This document shows positions 41,551-55,424 of a DNA stretch of 64,000 nucleotides, in pieces. The notes under the pieces were generated by a model. It was not told the DNA's origin and made no database searches. It saw only the letters and a program-made list of their open reading frames with translations. Every line of letters starts with the position of its first letter. Positions within the stretch are counted from its first letter, which is position 1. Origin of the DNA: Octopus vulgaris (Eukaryota); NCBI GenBank assembly GCA_951406725.2, contig OX597831.1, forward strand, positions 49,910,001-49,974,000, written 5' to 3'. The position numbers and the translations under genes were made by a program.

Positions 41551-41629
41551 TTAACATAAGAAGTGCAGCAAAGGTGCGCATCCAATCTTGGCGGCAGGCA
41601 ATGAGTAAAACAATGCTACAGACACTTAT

Positions 41630-41955
41630 CGATAAAAGAAGAATCAGGAGTAGCAGGAAGAATAAGAAGAGGAGGAAGAGGAAGGAGGGGACGACAAGAA
41701 AGAGGAGTACGATGATAAGAAAGAGGAGGAAGAAGAGAAGGTGTAGCAGGAAGAATAAGAAGAGGAGGGAGAGGAAGGAGGGGACGACAAGAAAGAGGAG
41801 GTCGATGATAAGAAAGAGGAGGAGGAAGAGGAAGAGGAGGAAGAGGAGAAAGAGGATGGGAAAGAAGTGGAGGAGGAGGAAAAAGAGGAAGGGAAAAAGG
41901 AAGAGGAGGAGAAAGAAGTAGATGAGGAAAAAGAGAAAATAAAAAGAAGAGAAAG
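41630..41955. repeat. Purine-rich low-complexity tract with a ~69 bp tandem duplication
   Basis: gtagcaggaagaataagaagaggagg..gggacgacaagaaagaggag..cgatgataagaaagaggagg occurs twice. Confidence 0.9.
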
Positions 41956-42829
41956 TTGTCGGCCTTAAGGCTTTAGCGAAAGACCTGGCTGCAGTTCCAA
42001 CCTTCTGACTTTTTTTACAGGACTTGGAAAACCTGAAGGACTGCTGCAATAACTGTGTGAATTTGAGAGGGGAATATGCTGAATAAAATCATAATTAATT
42101 GTTCCTCCTGTATTTCCTTTTCCCCAAATCCAGGAACCTTTCCACAGTCCCTAGCATTAAACCGTGTGACGTTCATTATTTGAACTAGTTATAATTATAA
42201 TTACCTTTCGTAATTAAACAGTCACAAACTACTGTTAAATTACGACAGTTGAAAGAATTCATTTTTTTTTTGTTGAAATTCGTTGGGAAATTGCGACAGT
42301 TGAAAGAATTCATTTTTCTTGTTGAAAGAATTAATTTTTCTGTTAATTACCGGAATTGCTGAATAGGCAGCGAAGATTTTGCAATGAATATTCAAATATC
42401 GTGAATTAATTTCATGAATGCAGAAGAAATAAAGATGCAATTCATCCAAATCGAACATTTTGACCTCTTGCTTATCCTGTGACACGTGTAATACACAGGT
42501 CATATTACATATAGTTAAGACGGCGAGATGGCCGAATCGTTAGCTCACCAGAAAAAATGCTTTGCGGTATTTCGCCTGATTTTACGTCCTGAGTTCAAAT
42601 TTCGCACAGGTTGACTCCCCCTTTCATCCTGTCGGTGTCGACAAAATAAGTACCACTTGAGCACTGGGATCGAAGCAATCGACTTAACCCTTTCTCCGTA
42701 CATGCACGCCTTATGCCGAAATTCGAAATGAATATATTACATCTCATCTAAAACGATAACTAACCCAAGCATACGTACCTCAAAAGCATGCCTCCATCAG
42801 AATCAGAGAGCCTTTACATGAGATAAAAC

Positions 42830-43050
42830 TGAGCATTCGATTGTAGACAACAGGAGGATTACTCTTCTTCAGTACATTTATTCAGAAGTTTTAGGTCAAA
42901 CAGCTACTATTGGGCAACAAAATAAACAAATAGGCAGTAATGTGGGTGCGATTCTGCGAGCTCAAAATTAAAAAAACGAGCTCTTTAATCATAACAGCAA
43001 GGCCCGTGCTTTAAAATGATGACGTTACCAATCCCTCGTGGTTGTCAATT
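42830..43050 (+). pseudogene. Decayed ankyrin-like fragment
   Basis: HSIVDNRRITLLQY; VGAILRAQN*/TSSLIITAR. Confidence 0.5.
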
Positions 43051-43492
43051 ATGTAATAATTGTGATTGCCGAAAGAAATATATTTCAGTAAACAGTTCGC
43101 TTCTTTCATATAAGATTCTCTTTCATACGTACTCATTGTATCTCGGTGTTCCGCTTTGTTTAGTTGTAAACATTTAGTCGCTACTTAATCCTTTGTTAAG
43201 CAACAATCGATTTAATTTAATATAAAAAATTTGCTTTGATATATATGTTCTGGATAATTCATAGTTCTTTTAGATTTGACGTTGCTTAAATCAAATATAT
43301 CATGACATCAAACAATCAGTGCACTAAATATTATCCTAAAGGGAATGTGAAAAAAAAAAAGAGTTCGATTAACAATGCAAATTTTTCTCCCCACAGGCCC
43401 CCTCTATTTACACATATGACAGCGCACGCATGAATACAATTGCTCATAAGTCCAAACAATACACACACACACACAAACATATGCAAGTATCT

Positions 43493-43533
<41 letters not shown>

Positions 43534-43621
43534 CACATATAAATGGATACATATATGTATGTGTGTGTGTGTATCTATAATCGCCATGTACTCCACAACC
43601 GCCCAGATAAACGCACATATT

Positions 43622-43856
43622 TATATTTCTTTACTACCCACAAGGGGCTAAACACAGAGGGGACAAACAAGGACAGACAAAGCGATTAAGTCGATTCCAT
43701 CGACCCCAGTGCGTAACTGGTACTTAATTTATCGACCCCGAAAGGATGAAAGGCAAAGTCGACCTCGGCGGAATTTGAACTCAGAACGTAACGGCAGACG
43801 AAATACGGCTACGCATTTCGCCCGGCGTGCTACCGTTTCTGCCAGCTCGCCACCTT
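43622..43856 (-). mobile_element. SINE family A, near-consensus, tail A
   Basis: Complete head, body and tail A. Confidence 0.92.
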
Positions 43857-43877
43857 ACATATGCATGTATATATGTA

Positions 43878-43923
<46 letters not shown>

Positions 43924-44409
43924 CATACATACACATATATATATCACCATTATCATCGTGACCGGCCAGGCTATCAGATGATGCTAAACATCGCTGGTCA
44001 CAGTGCGCTTCGCATTGGTTTAGCCTTCAAATGACGCCACCCCGCTGGCTAAGCGAGCAGGCCAACAGAAGAAAGCGTGAGAGAAAGAGCACAGCAGGGA
44101 TCGCTACTACCCCCTGCCGGAACCTCGTGGAGCTTGAGGTGTTTTCGCTCAATAAACCCTCACAACGCCCAGTCTGGGAACCGAAACCACGATCCTAAGA
44201 CCGTGATCCGCTGCCCTAACCACTGGGCCATTGCGCCTCCACACATGTATATATTCACACATATATACACATAGATACATATGCATGTTTGCATGTATGT
44301 ATCTATGTATGATTATATGTACTTATGTGCGAGTCTATGTGTGTGTGTGAGTCCGTGTGTGCATATGTGTGTGTGTATGTGTGCGCGCGCGTGTATTTAT
44401 ATACGCGCA

Positions 44410-44780
44410 CGAGGGTCGGATGAAAAGTTTATACGCTCAGCAACATAGTCTCATGAGATGTCTCTAATTAAGCTTTATTTTCAATATAGAGCTCCTTGCA
44501 GTCCATCGACTCCTTTGTGAGGAAATCTTCGAACGCGTCCTTTGGTTTTGGTGGTAACACGGTGTTGGTGTTGCAAACTCGCGTTCCACTCATAGTTATC
44601 CATGGGAATAAACTTGGAAGAATTAGGTAGCCAGTCAACTGGGGCTGGTGAAATTCAACCACATTTTTCCAGCAGTTTAACATAGGCATCTGATTGATCC
44701 TAAATCCTTGTTCAAAGATGTGGGGTGGTATTACGCCACCCTCAGTGGAAACACACTCAAAGACCATCATAATTTGGGCT
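44410..44780 (-). mobile_element. Tc1/mariner remnants: mariner terminus plus transposase fragment
   Basis: cgagggtcggatgaaaagt TIR-like; IMMVFECVSTEGGVIPPHIFEQGFRIN resembles VMVxGxxSxxGxxxP of Tc1/maT transposases. Confidence 0.7.
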
Positions 44781-44894
44781 TTGTTATAGATATTCCATAA
44801 ATATGAAGCTGTATATCTCAATTTGCCATTTATGTATACGAATACCAAGAAGAAATCTTGCGAAACGGTTTATTCTAACGAAATGCCTCTTGAA

Positions 44895-45000
44895 ATCACC
44901 TGAGGAGATACATCTACACCAACGGATACACCTAAACCAGATGTTTAATGTCTCACATGCGGAGGATCGATGCTAGATGGGTCGAAACAACTGTAGAGAT
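44895..45000 (+). ncRNA. Hammerhead with long stem II, same PLE family as 4607-4710
   Basis: atcac-CTGAGGA-gatacatcta...tagatgggtc-GAAAC-aact-GTA-gagat. Confidence 0.75.
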
Positions 45001-45419
45001 AAATAAAGATTCTCGTATCTTCCATCTCTCATATTGATCAAATACCCAACGAACATTAAGCCAGTGAACGTACTTTGCCGGCAAATGATGCATACCATAC
45101 GATTTTTTCACTATATATATGCGCATGTGTGTGTGTTTATGTATAGATATGGATATGTATGTATGCATGTGTTGGATTGCAATTGTCGCCATTACCATTT
45201 GACAACTGGCGTATATGTCTTTACATCCCCGTAACATAGAAGCAAGGCAAAAGCGACCGATAAAATAAGTACACGACTTAGAAATAAAATAAAAAGAAGT
45301 ACTATGCTATATTTCTTCAACGAACATCCTTCAAGGTGGAGGGTGCCCCAGTATGACCGTAGTCCAATGCCCGGAGCATGTAAAAAAAGAGAAAGCGCAT
45401 TCCTCTGTAATTCTATAAC

Positions 45420-45720
45420 AGCATGTTACTTCGGCTGTAAAGTTTCATGTTACTTATTACTCATGAAAACCTATGCGATCTAATGACGCTTTTTTACTTT
45501 CAGAAATCTTAGTAGTTGATTATATCGTAGCTTATCGTTAGTCTAAAATACATTAAATATTTGAGATACATATGTTCTTTTTGTAAGCACTAATCTATAA
45601 CAAACAGCTTTCTTGAAATTTTGGTATTTATAGTCAGGTGAACAGAATTGCATAAAGTAACGTGGCGAAACTAAGCTTACGAGAAAATGGCAGTAATGGA
45701 TTTGAACTCACAATTGAAGT
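45420..45720 (+). pseudogene. Decayed ankyrin-like fragment
   Basis: ITACYFGCKVSCYLLLM; RGETKL; SNGFELTIEV. Confidence 0.4.
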
Positions 45721-45721
45721 A

Positions 45722-46290
45722 TCTTTTCTTCTTTACTCTAGGCACAAGGCCCGAAATATTGGGGAATGGGGCCAGTCGATTAGATCGACCCCAGTACGCA
45801 ACTGGTACTTAATTTATCGATTCCCGGAAGGACGAAAGGCAATGTCGACCGCGGCGGAATTTGAACTCAGAATGTAAAGACAGACGAAATACTTATTTCT
45901 TTACTACCCACAAGGGGCTAAACACAGAGAGGAGAAACAAGGACAGACAAACGGATTAAGTCGATTATATCGACCTCAGTGCGTAAATGGTTCTTATTTA
46001 ATCGACCCCGAAACGATGAAAGGCAAAGTCGACCTCGGCGGAATTGTAACTCGGAACGTAGCGGCAGACGAAATACCTATTTCTTTACTACCAACAAGGA
46101 GCTAAACACAGAGAGGACAAACAAGGACACACAAACGGATTAAGTCCATTATATCGACCCCAGTGCGTAACTGGTACTTATTTAATCGACCCCGAAAGGA
46201 TGAAAGGCAAAGTCGACCTCGGCGGAATTGTAACTCGGAACGTAGCGGCAGACGAAATACCGCTAAGCATTTCGCCCGGCGTGCAAACCT
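45722..46290 (-). mobile_element. SINE family A concatemer (three bodies)
   Basis: ~180 bp unit repeated, junction gacgaaatac(c/t)tatttc. Confidence 0.92.
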
Positions 46291-46809
46291 TTATATTTTT
46301 CTTGTTTCAGTTATTTAACTGCAGCCATGCTGGGGAACTGCTTTGAAGGATTTTAGTTGAACAAATCAATCCCTGGACTTACTTCTTAAAGCCTGGTACT
46401 TATTCTATCGGTCACTTTTGCCGAACCGCTAAGTTATGGGTACTAGATATATTAACACACCGGTTGGCAAGTGTGAGGGAGGTGCAAACATGGACACAAA
46501 GAAACACAGATACACATATATACGACGTGCTTCTTTCAGTTTCCTTCTACTAAATCCATTCACAAGGCTTTGGTCGGCTCGAAAATATAGTATATGGCAC
46601 TTGCCCAAGATGCCCCGCAGTGGGCCCAAACCCGACACCACGTGGCTGGGCAGAAAGCTTCTTACCACACAACCACGCCTGGAAATTATGATAGGTCATC
46701 CTCCTTAGTATTTTCATCCCCGTCAACCTTGCCAGTTGAGATTCAAACATCTCTTTAAATAGAACCTAATTCATTCTTATCACGCTATTCTGGTTTCTCT
46801 AATAAATTT

Positions 46810-47175
46810 AACCCAGGAAGACAAGTATCAAGTGTCGTATTTATAGCACAAGACGCAACTGAAACGAAAGAAATGTTAAAGAACATTTCTTTTAACGCTG
46901 AAAGCAAGTTACGTTAGTTGCAACTCTTGTCTAAATTAAGGACCCATATTATGTGCATACAATAGTGTTTATTAGATAGAACGTTTATGTTTTGCCAGGA
47001 AAATCTATTATTCGTCGCTGAGTATTGCATTGGAAAAGGAAAATGCTCGACCGCTTGTAAACATAACTGGTTATATAATTTGTTCCCGGAAGAATTGGTT
47101 CTATCTTTGGCTCATTCAGAGAAAAAAGCTTTCTCAAATATATATTCTTCAAATATATTTCAACTGAATATGCAT
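46810..47175 (+). pseudogene. Decayed ankyrin-like fragment, paralogous to 53100-53275
   Basis: QEDKYQVSYL; SLSIALEKENARPLVN. Confidence 0.4.
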
Positions 47176-47303
47176 GCATACATACATATTTCTTGTCATG
47201 TATCTATGAATAAACAAACAAAAAAAAACAACATAAAGCACACACATACACACACAAACACACACGCACATATATGACAAGAAATTCTTTTATGCTTTTC
47301 ATA

Positions 47304-47339
<36 letters not shown>

Positions 47340-47361
47340 TGTATGTATGTATATGTGAGCG

Positions 47362-47405
<44 letters not shown>

Positions 47406-47497
47406 TTTGATTTTGATTTTGATTTTTCCAGTTTCAGCTTATGAGCTGTGGCCATGCTGGGGTACCGCCATTTATATATATATATATAATAATAATG

Positions 47498-47564
<67 letters not shown>

Positions 47565-47571
47565 TAACAAT

Positions 47572-48644
47572 AAGGTGGTGGAGGTCTTATACATCTAGAA
47601 AACTATTACAAAATAACTACCAGAGGACTACAAAAATACCTACTTCAGAAGCAAAGGAAACTAAAGCAAATAACCACAAAACATGAACAAAACAAAAAAC
47701 TGTTTTCAGTCAGTAAGGAAGCTGACAAATACAAAAAAAAAAGTCATAGTACCTAACAACTATGAAGAAAAAGAAGCAACAACAAAAGCTGTAAAACAAG
47801 TGAAATCCAAACTAAAATAGGAACAGCAATGGATCATGATAAAGCGATGGCAAGAAAAGTCCCTTCATGGCAAATACGGGGTTAAACTAAATACAAAAGA
47901 AATAGACATAGCAAAATCACAACAGCGACTGAGAAGCTCAGGACTAAAAGCAGAGACTGAAGGATTTTTAATTGCAGCACAAGACAAAATCTTCCACAAC
48001 AGAAATTCCCAAAAACATATAATAAAAAGAAACACAAGTAACCTTAGAATATATGATGATGGACAAGAAACAATAAACCACATTGTCTCTGGCTGCCCAG
48101 TCCTGGCTAAGAAGAAATATATTCACAGACACGACAGATCGGGATCTATATACACTAGAAGCTTCGCCAACACTAGGGGATAAAACAGAAAAAAGATGGT
48201 ATAGGCACATGCCAAAAAAGGTTACAGAAAATGAGACAGCAACCATACTATAGGATATGCCAATACACGTAGATAGAGAATTTAAGGCCGGAAGGCCTGA
48301 TAAAGTTGCTAGAGTGACTTTCAAATGGAGAAAATTTCAAAATACAATGACCTGGAAATAGAGGTAACTGGAATGTGGAGTCTAAAACAGAAACACTTCC
48401 TAACATAGTAGAAGCATCAGGTATGATAAAAAAAAAATATTCATATAAATACATAATAGAAACATCAGGACTAACAAGTATATATAACATACAGAAAACA
48501 GCACTACTAGGCACCGCATACATCCAACATAAAACACTTTCAGCGTAGTAACAATAAGAGCATCAGAAGAAACCACAGCACATACACAAGGTACACAGAA
48601 CTGCGCTCGGTAGTGCAGTGAAAGCGCGGGAAAAATAAGACTAT

Positions 48645-48647
<3 letters not shown>
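47572..48647 (+). mobile_element. Older degenerate Dong-like family 1 copy
   Basis: Homologous to 297-1455 with frameshifts and deletions; AAT repeats on both sides. Confidence 0.92.
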
Positions 48648-48701
<54 letters not shown>

Positions 48702-48733
48702 TTATCATTATTATTATTATTATTATTATTATT

Positions 48734-51146
48734 ACTGCCTTTGGACAGTTTCTAACGCTGTTCACTACCAGTGAACTAACCTCTTATTTTTCGAGTATTT
48801 TCCGGAGTATTCGAGCCGTCCAAGCAGTGCTCTTTTCTGCAAATGCTCCAACCTTATTTCAGCCCCTATTTGTTCCACGTACTTGTCGCGATTTTTGCTC
48901 GCTGTTCCCAGGGCTCCGACAATTATTGGTACTACTGCTACCTTTTTCATCGACGACAACTGCTTAACTTCCCAAGCTAACCTGTCATATCTCACGACTT
49001 TTCTTTCTTCCTAGCCGCATACCTTGTTGTCAGCTGGGTATGCTATATCTATGATCCAGCATAGTTTGTTTCCTTTCTCAATTAAGACTATTTCCGGCTT
49101 CCTATTTTCGATCTTATGGTCGCACTGAATCATAAAATCTCATAGGATCTTTGCATTTCTATTTTCGACGATGACTTCAGGTTTGTGGTCGTCCCAATTT
49201 TTTACTCTGTCACGTCCATACTTGTTGCAAAGTGTCCAGTGGACAAGCCTAGCTATATTGTCACGAGCTCTCTTATATTCCTTCTGGGCTACTGGCGTAC
49301 ATTGGCTGGTAATATGCCATACGGTTTCATCGATTTGTCCACAGATGATTCTGCACCTATCACTTTCTGATATGCCGTCTATTCTGTATTTTATGTAGTT
49401 TGTGCTTAGTGCTTGCCTTTGGGCAGCACAGATTAGAGCCTCCGTTTCCTGTTTTCAATGACTTTTAGTCATCCACAGCCATCTTTTTTCTCCGTCTGTC
49501 TTATCTTCAACATCCCTATGAAACTGACCATGCATTCTTTTCTTTACCTAAATATTTTCAGTTTCATTCCTTTTCAATTTCTTGTATAGTGCTTCATCTT
49601 TGCAATCTTTCATCCTACACAAGCTTCACCTTCTTACTTCTAGTAATAGCGGTTCTATGGCACTTTTTTACATACCATGCTATATTGTTTTCTTCTGTTC
49701 TAATGCTTTGTTCGCATCCAATAAGTCCTCATCCCCCTCTTTTTCTTGCTACATACAACCTGTCTGTGTCACTTTTTGGGTGGAATGACCCATATCTAGT
49801 TAGCAACTTCCTTTTCTTTCTGTCAAAGCTGTTTAGTTCGTCTACTGTCCATGCGATTACCCCTGCTCCATATCTAAGGAGTGAAACCGCCCAGGTGTTG
49901 ATAGCTTCAATGTTATTCCGTCCGTTTAATTTCGACTTAAAGATCAGTCTCAGTCTGCGCAAGTACTCTACCTTAAATTTCTTTATCCATCAATTTATCC
50001 ATTCCAAAATCACAAGTACTTATAGCCCGTCTATTCTATCTGCTTCATAACCTCCCCCGACTTTATCGTTAGTCCGGCCATACATTTGATTTTGCCTCTC
50101 CTCAATACTAACACATCACACATTCTCAGTCCGAAGTCCATTCTGATATCATCACTGAAGGTATACACCATTTCTACGATGGAACTGACTTGGACTTCAC
50201 CTTTACCATAAAGTTTGAGGTCATCCATGAATATCAAAAGGTTGACTTTTTGTTGGCGGCTTTTGAATACATACCCAGCTTTTGCTTCCTCGGAATCAGT
50301 GTCAGTGGTATCAAGCACTGTACAAAGATCAGTGGGCACAGGTAGTCGCCTTGGAAGATGCCCGTTCTAATTTCTACTGTTCCTAAACTTCTTCCGTAAG
50401 CTGTCAGGTCCATCCTCCAATTCGCTATACTTTTTCCAAGCAATCACTCAGCATTCGATAGGGGATCATATCGTACGCCTTACGATAGTCGATCTATGAC
50501 ATGGCTAAGTTACTTTTCCTCCTCTTGCAGTCCCTGAGTACAGTTTTATCTATCAGGAGTTGATCCTCGGTACCTTTGTACTTACTCTTGCAACCCTTCT
50601 ACTCATGTGGCAAGACTCCATTTTTTTCTAGATGTTCGTACATCGACTCTGCGAGTATTCCAGTCAGAAACTTCCACATAAGTGGCAAACAGGATATCGG
50701 CCTGTAATTGTCTACCGTATTACTTTTTTCGATGTTTTTCAGGCACAGCACTGTCCTACACAATGTCAATCACTCTGGTGTTCCTTGGCCGGCATTTAAC
50801 AAGGTGTTGAGTTGCGCATCTATTCGTGCATGACATTCACTAAATCTTTTGATCCAGTTGCCTTGAACTCCATCTGGTCCCGGGGCCTTCATGTTGCTCA
50901 TTTTTTTTTTGCTGATTTCCTTCACTTCCCTAACTGAAATGACTAGTTTTGCCTGTTTTGGACAGACTACTGCTTGTTTAGGTTCTTGCAACCATTGAAC
51001 ATCCTTCTTGTGCTCTTTGTCTTTGCTACAGATGTCACTCCAAAACCTTTCAATGTTAACTGGTATCAACTTTTCATCTGTACACCCTCCATTTATTTCT
51101 TTATAGAATATCTTCCGATCTATTCTGAATAACCCATTCTGGTGGT
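48734..51146 (-). mobile_element. R4/Dong-like LINE family 2, degenerate, 5'-truncated (RT + RLE)
   Basis: KAPGPDG; DYRKAYD; GIFQGD.L.PL.F; FMDDLKLY; AINTWAV..LRY; HPKSD.DRLY; PIIVGALG; LQKRALLG; (AAT)n tail. Confidence 0.92.
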
Positions 51147-51580
51147 TTATATATATATGAGTGTGTGTGTGTGTATGTATATATATATATGAGTGAGTAA
51201 GACAAAGAGAAATAATTCCAGCACGTGTAAGATAAGTGCTGCTATATCTCGATACAATTTGATAGATAACTGACAGTAAATCTAACATGCAAGGGGGAAA
51301 AAAACCTTTTTGACATTTATTTTTACTGTATGCATAGGTAATAGAGTTCGCTCATTTTTATCAACGCATATTGGTATATATAACTTACGTTGTCACTCCT
51401 GTTATTTATATTTGATACAGAGGAAAAAAAAACTTTTTGTAATCTTGTATGTTTGTTTTGTTCTTTCAGTTGGTTGCATGCTTTCTTTCGTAACATTATT
51501 GTTTAAAGGACGATTGAAGAACAATTTGACTTTCGGAGATGCACAAAATAGCTGTAAAAGAAAAAAAAAAGAAACATACA

Positions 51581-51755
51581 TCTGTGATAATATGCGTTGG
51601 GAGATTCCGTGATACACAATCTGTTTTATTATGCATTACACGACCAGGATTCCTCGAGGTACGTAAGGATTGCACCGATCTATCGAGGATGATATGAGAT
51701 AAGTATGTAGTAATTGGAATACAGTGATATTGATTTTCCTGAGCACCTATGTTAC
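51581..51755 (-). pseudogene. Exon-like ankyrin-type fragment with open frame
   Basis: tgtttcag| NIGAQENQYHCIPI...VMHNKTDCV |gtatgt. Confidence 0.35.
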
Positions 51756-51827
51756 TGAAACATATAATCTGATAAAAAAATGCGTGCCTCCATACATACA
51801 TATATCGAGACATACATACATACATGC

Positions 51828-51860
<33 letters not shown>

Positions 51861-52182
51861 TGTATGTATGTATGTATATATATATATATATAAGTATATA
51901 TATATATATATTGTATATATATGTACATTATATATATATATAAATATATATACATATAAATGTATATATGTGCACACACACACACAGATATATATATATA
52001 TGCATATACGCACACATATGCATACACACATTTAAATATATATACACACGTGCATATATAATTATGTATGTACGTTCACATTCGTATTTATTTATACACA
52101 GATGTTTTAATATGTATAATTCGCACATATATATACATGCATATAGCCCATGTACCATATACGTAATATATAAACACAAATC

Positions 52183-52265
<83 letters not shown>

Positions 52266-52819
52266 GCATGTATATATGTATATATAAAGAGAGAGACAGA
52301 CAGACAGAGAGAGACAGAGACAGTGAGACAGAGAGACAGAGAGAGAAACCTACAACTATATATCCAACAATGTAAAGTCAGCATCCTGAAACGAACATGC
52401 GTAACTTCAGGTACCTTCACTTATATACACATGCATGTATAAATATTACGCACAGAGACACACGTTCAGCGAATCTCGTATGCAAACACGGTTACGCCAT
52501 GTAAAACAAAGGAAGTAGTTTCTTGGTTTTATGTATTTGTATAGATTATTGAAATCAATGATTCTAGTTCGTATTTTGCACACTCATCTTTTCTGTATTT
52601 AAAACATACAGATTTGTTTGTATGTGTGATTACTTTTGTATGTCTCTGTGCGTCTGTCTGTTTGTCAGTCTGCCTGCCTCTATGTATGTATGCATCTAAC
52701 ATGAGTTACAGATACTCAAATAACTGAAGAACACAAAATAGTTAATTGTTAACAACGCATCTTGTCAAATATTTATCTTGGAAAAAATTCCACCCGTTCT
52801 TAAAATATTCTCAAACGTC

Positions 52820-53050
52820 TGTTCATACATTGTATGTTATGCAGTTTCTGGAGTTGCATAATAAGTTAAAAATTGGTAAGAGGTACTAGTCATAATGTAT
52901 AAAATCTTTAGGGATGAGCTATTTTATCTGAAACATTGAAAGGGCAACATTCAAAATCAATATGGAAATGATTATGGAAAATATTATTTGTTTTGGTATT
53001 TAAGTATTATACGGTGTGTGCGTGAGTGTGACTCTGTGTGTGTGTGTGTA

Positions 53051-53098
<48 letters not shown>

Positions 53099-53275
53099 TG
53101 CAAGAAAATTTATAATACATTAAGTATTGCATTGAAAATGGAGAATGCTCGACTGCTTGTAAACAAAACTTGTTATTTGCTGTTGTTCTCTGAAGTGTTG
53201 CTTGCGTCCTTGGCTCATTTAGAGGAAAAGCTTTCTTAAATATATGTTCTTGAAATATATTTCAACTGAATATAT
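52820..53275 (+). pseudogene. Decayed ankyrin-like fragment
   Basis: NIQNQYGN; TLSIALKMENARLLVN. Confidence 0.45.
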
Positions 53276-53664
53276 GTGCAAATAAAAAGACAAAGAAGAA
53301 CCTTAATACACCTTGAACGACCAGTTACATTTGTTTCTGTAACAACTCTTCTTTCAACGCTAGTTCACGAAACAGGTTCCAAGTGAATATTTACGTAATA
53401 CATGAAGTTCTAATTATCAGAGGAACACTTTCTCAAATTTACATGAAATGTGTGCTCTTGCATTTATCTTGCATATATCGGGAGGGAACAAAAAGTAATT
53501 GGGGATTAAAATGTACATAATCTGTGAAGAGATGGACAAGGCAGGTAAAGTGTTAATACCAAAGTATATAAATTGTGGTTCGGGAATAAATAAGCAATAG
53601 AAAATGAAAACGAGATAAGAAATATACAAACACCCACCCACCCACACACCTACATGCATGAATG

Positions 53665-53695
<31 letters not shown>

Positions 53696-53696
<1 letters not shown>

Positions 53697-53924
53697 ATCA
53701 AAATAAGCAACAAGAATATCTCCGGTAATTTGGTACGATCGTTTCACGCTACATCATTTTATTAAATATTGTAAATACTACAACAGTTTTAAAATGTTGA
53801 GCAATCATCAGTCATTTATAGAGGTTTCCCATTAATACATAATGTTCATATTAATTGATAACATTATAGAGAAGGTAGATATATAGACAAAAATGCTGAT
53901 TTGAATTTTAAGAACATTGAGGTA

Positions 53925-53925
<1 letters not shown>
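53696..53925 (-). mobile_element. PLE pseudo-LTR fragment with long-stem-II hammerhead (53728-53815), same family as 22331
   Basis: CTGATGA-ttgct...tagcgt-GAAAC-gatc-GTA; terminus aatcaaa(c/a)taagcaacaag shared. Confidence 0.75.
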
Positions 53926-53970
<45 letters not shown>

Positions 53971-53987
53971 AGGTATCTTTATACGTA

Positions 53988-54241
53988 CAGTATGCGATGG
54001 GTAAATTGTCGCAATTTGATGTCTTTAATTTTGCGCATGTGCATTGGTTGTAGGAGGCCATCCAGAAGAGTTGCAAGAGATTCCGAAAACGTCTGGAGGC
54101 CGTGGTTGAAGCCAACACTGATTTTATTGAATAAATTTACTCTTCAGTATTTCAAGATATTATTATGTAGTTTTGATAACTTTATCTGTTATAATGTGAT
54201 GTCAATGTTATTTTCATTTTTGCATAATTCACCTCACTCTG
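53988..54241 (+). mobile_element. Internally deleted Tc1/maT-type DNA transposon
   Basis: TA|cagtatgcgatgggtaaatt; IQKSCKRFRKRLEAVVEAN.DFIE* transposase C-terminus. Confidence 0.75.
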
Positions 54242-54565
54242 CATATATACATATATAATCAAGGAAACTTATACAACTTGGACACTTTAGAGTATATCAA
54301 CAACGTACTATTCAAAGTAACGCCTGATTTAGACCTACATTTAGGTGTTAAATATTCATAGGGTTGGTTTTCTCTGTGTACACAACCGGAATATCCTATT
54401 TAATATTCACCTACTATAGGCTGGAAACGCAGAGATTATCCAATCCTACCTGGTGTACATCTTGTCAAGTATGTGATTCTATCTGAATTCTTATTTTACT
54501 ATATGTATATATATATATGTATATATATATTAATATTAAACACGAAATATATATATATAATACTA

Positions 54566-54616
<51 letters not shown>

Positions 54617-54673
54617 AAATCAAACACAAGTGGTTTTATCTCTAATCCATATTTTATATATATATAGTAAAAT

Positions 54674-54840
54674 AAGATTAAATTACAATAATGAAATCAT
54701 TGTATTAGGCAAAATCTGATCATAGGGGGAGAAAAGATATAACGCTATATCTTTTTCCCACCTCTGATGAGATTTTGCCTAATACAATGATTTAATTATT
54801 GTAATTTAATCTTTCGGCAAAATTAGAACAGCTGTATGAG
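54674..54840 (+). repeat. 140 bp palindrome overlapping a degenerate hammerhead (54764-54836)
   Basis: Arms 54674-54740/54746-54813; CTGATGA-gattttgcc...ggcaaaatt-agaac-agct-GTA. Confidence 0.8.
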
Positions 54841-55033
54841 AATGTGTTGGAATTTTTAAAGTAAATAAATTATATTAAAGTTACATTTCCATTTTCTAAA
54901 TGTTTTTCTGAATATTTTGAAACCAAGATGTATATTTAGACCTATTATTTTATGAATATTACTATTCACAAAAAACACTAGGCACTGAACCAGTAATTTA
55001 TTGGCTATTATTATTCCTTAATGAGGCTATTTT

Positions 55034-55064
<31 letters not shown>

Positions 55065-55309
55065 CATACACACACACACAGAGTATGACAACGTCGGCCC
55101 TTTGAAATACAGGTACAACAGAAACAGACAGAAAGGGTAGGAGAAAATTTTCGTGAAAGAGAACAGCAGAGTTCACCACCACCTCCTGTCGTGTAGTTTT
55201 AGGCATTTTCGTTCAATAAATACTCACAATGCCCGGTATGGGAATCGAAACCGCGATCGAACGACCGCGAGTTCATTGCCATAACTACTGGGCCATTGCG
55301 GCTCCACAT

Positions 55310-55380
<71 letters not shown>

Positions 55381-55424
55381 TATATATATATGTATATGTG
55401 TGTGTAAATATGTATGTATATATA

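Noticed and set aside
41484-41921. 145 aa Arg/Lys-rich protamine-like ORF
   Set aside because: Product of a purine-only low-complexity tract that lacks stops by composition
45722-46290. CRISPR-like regularly spaced repeats
   Set aside because: The whole ~180 bp unit repeats with no unique spacers; eukaryotic SINE concatemer
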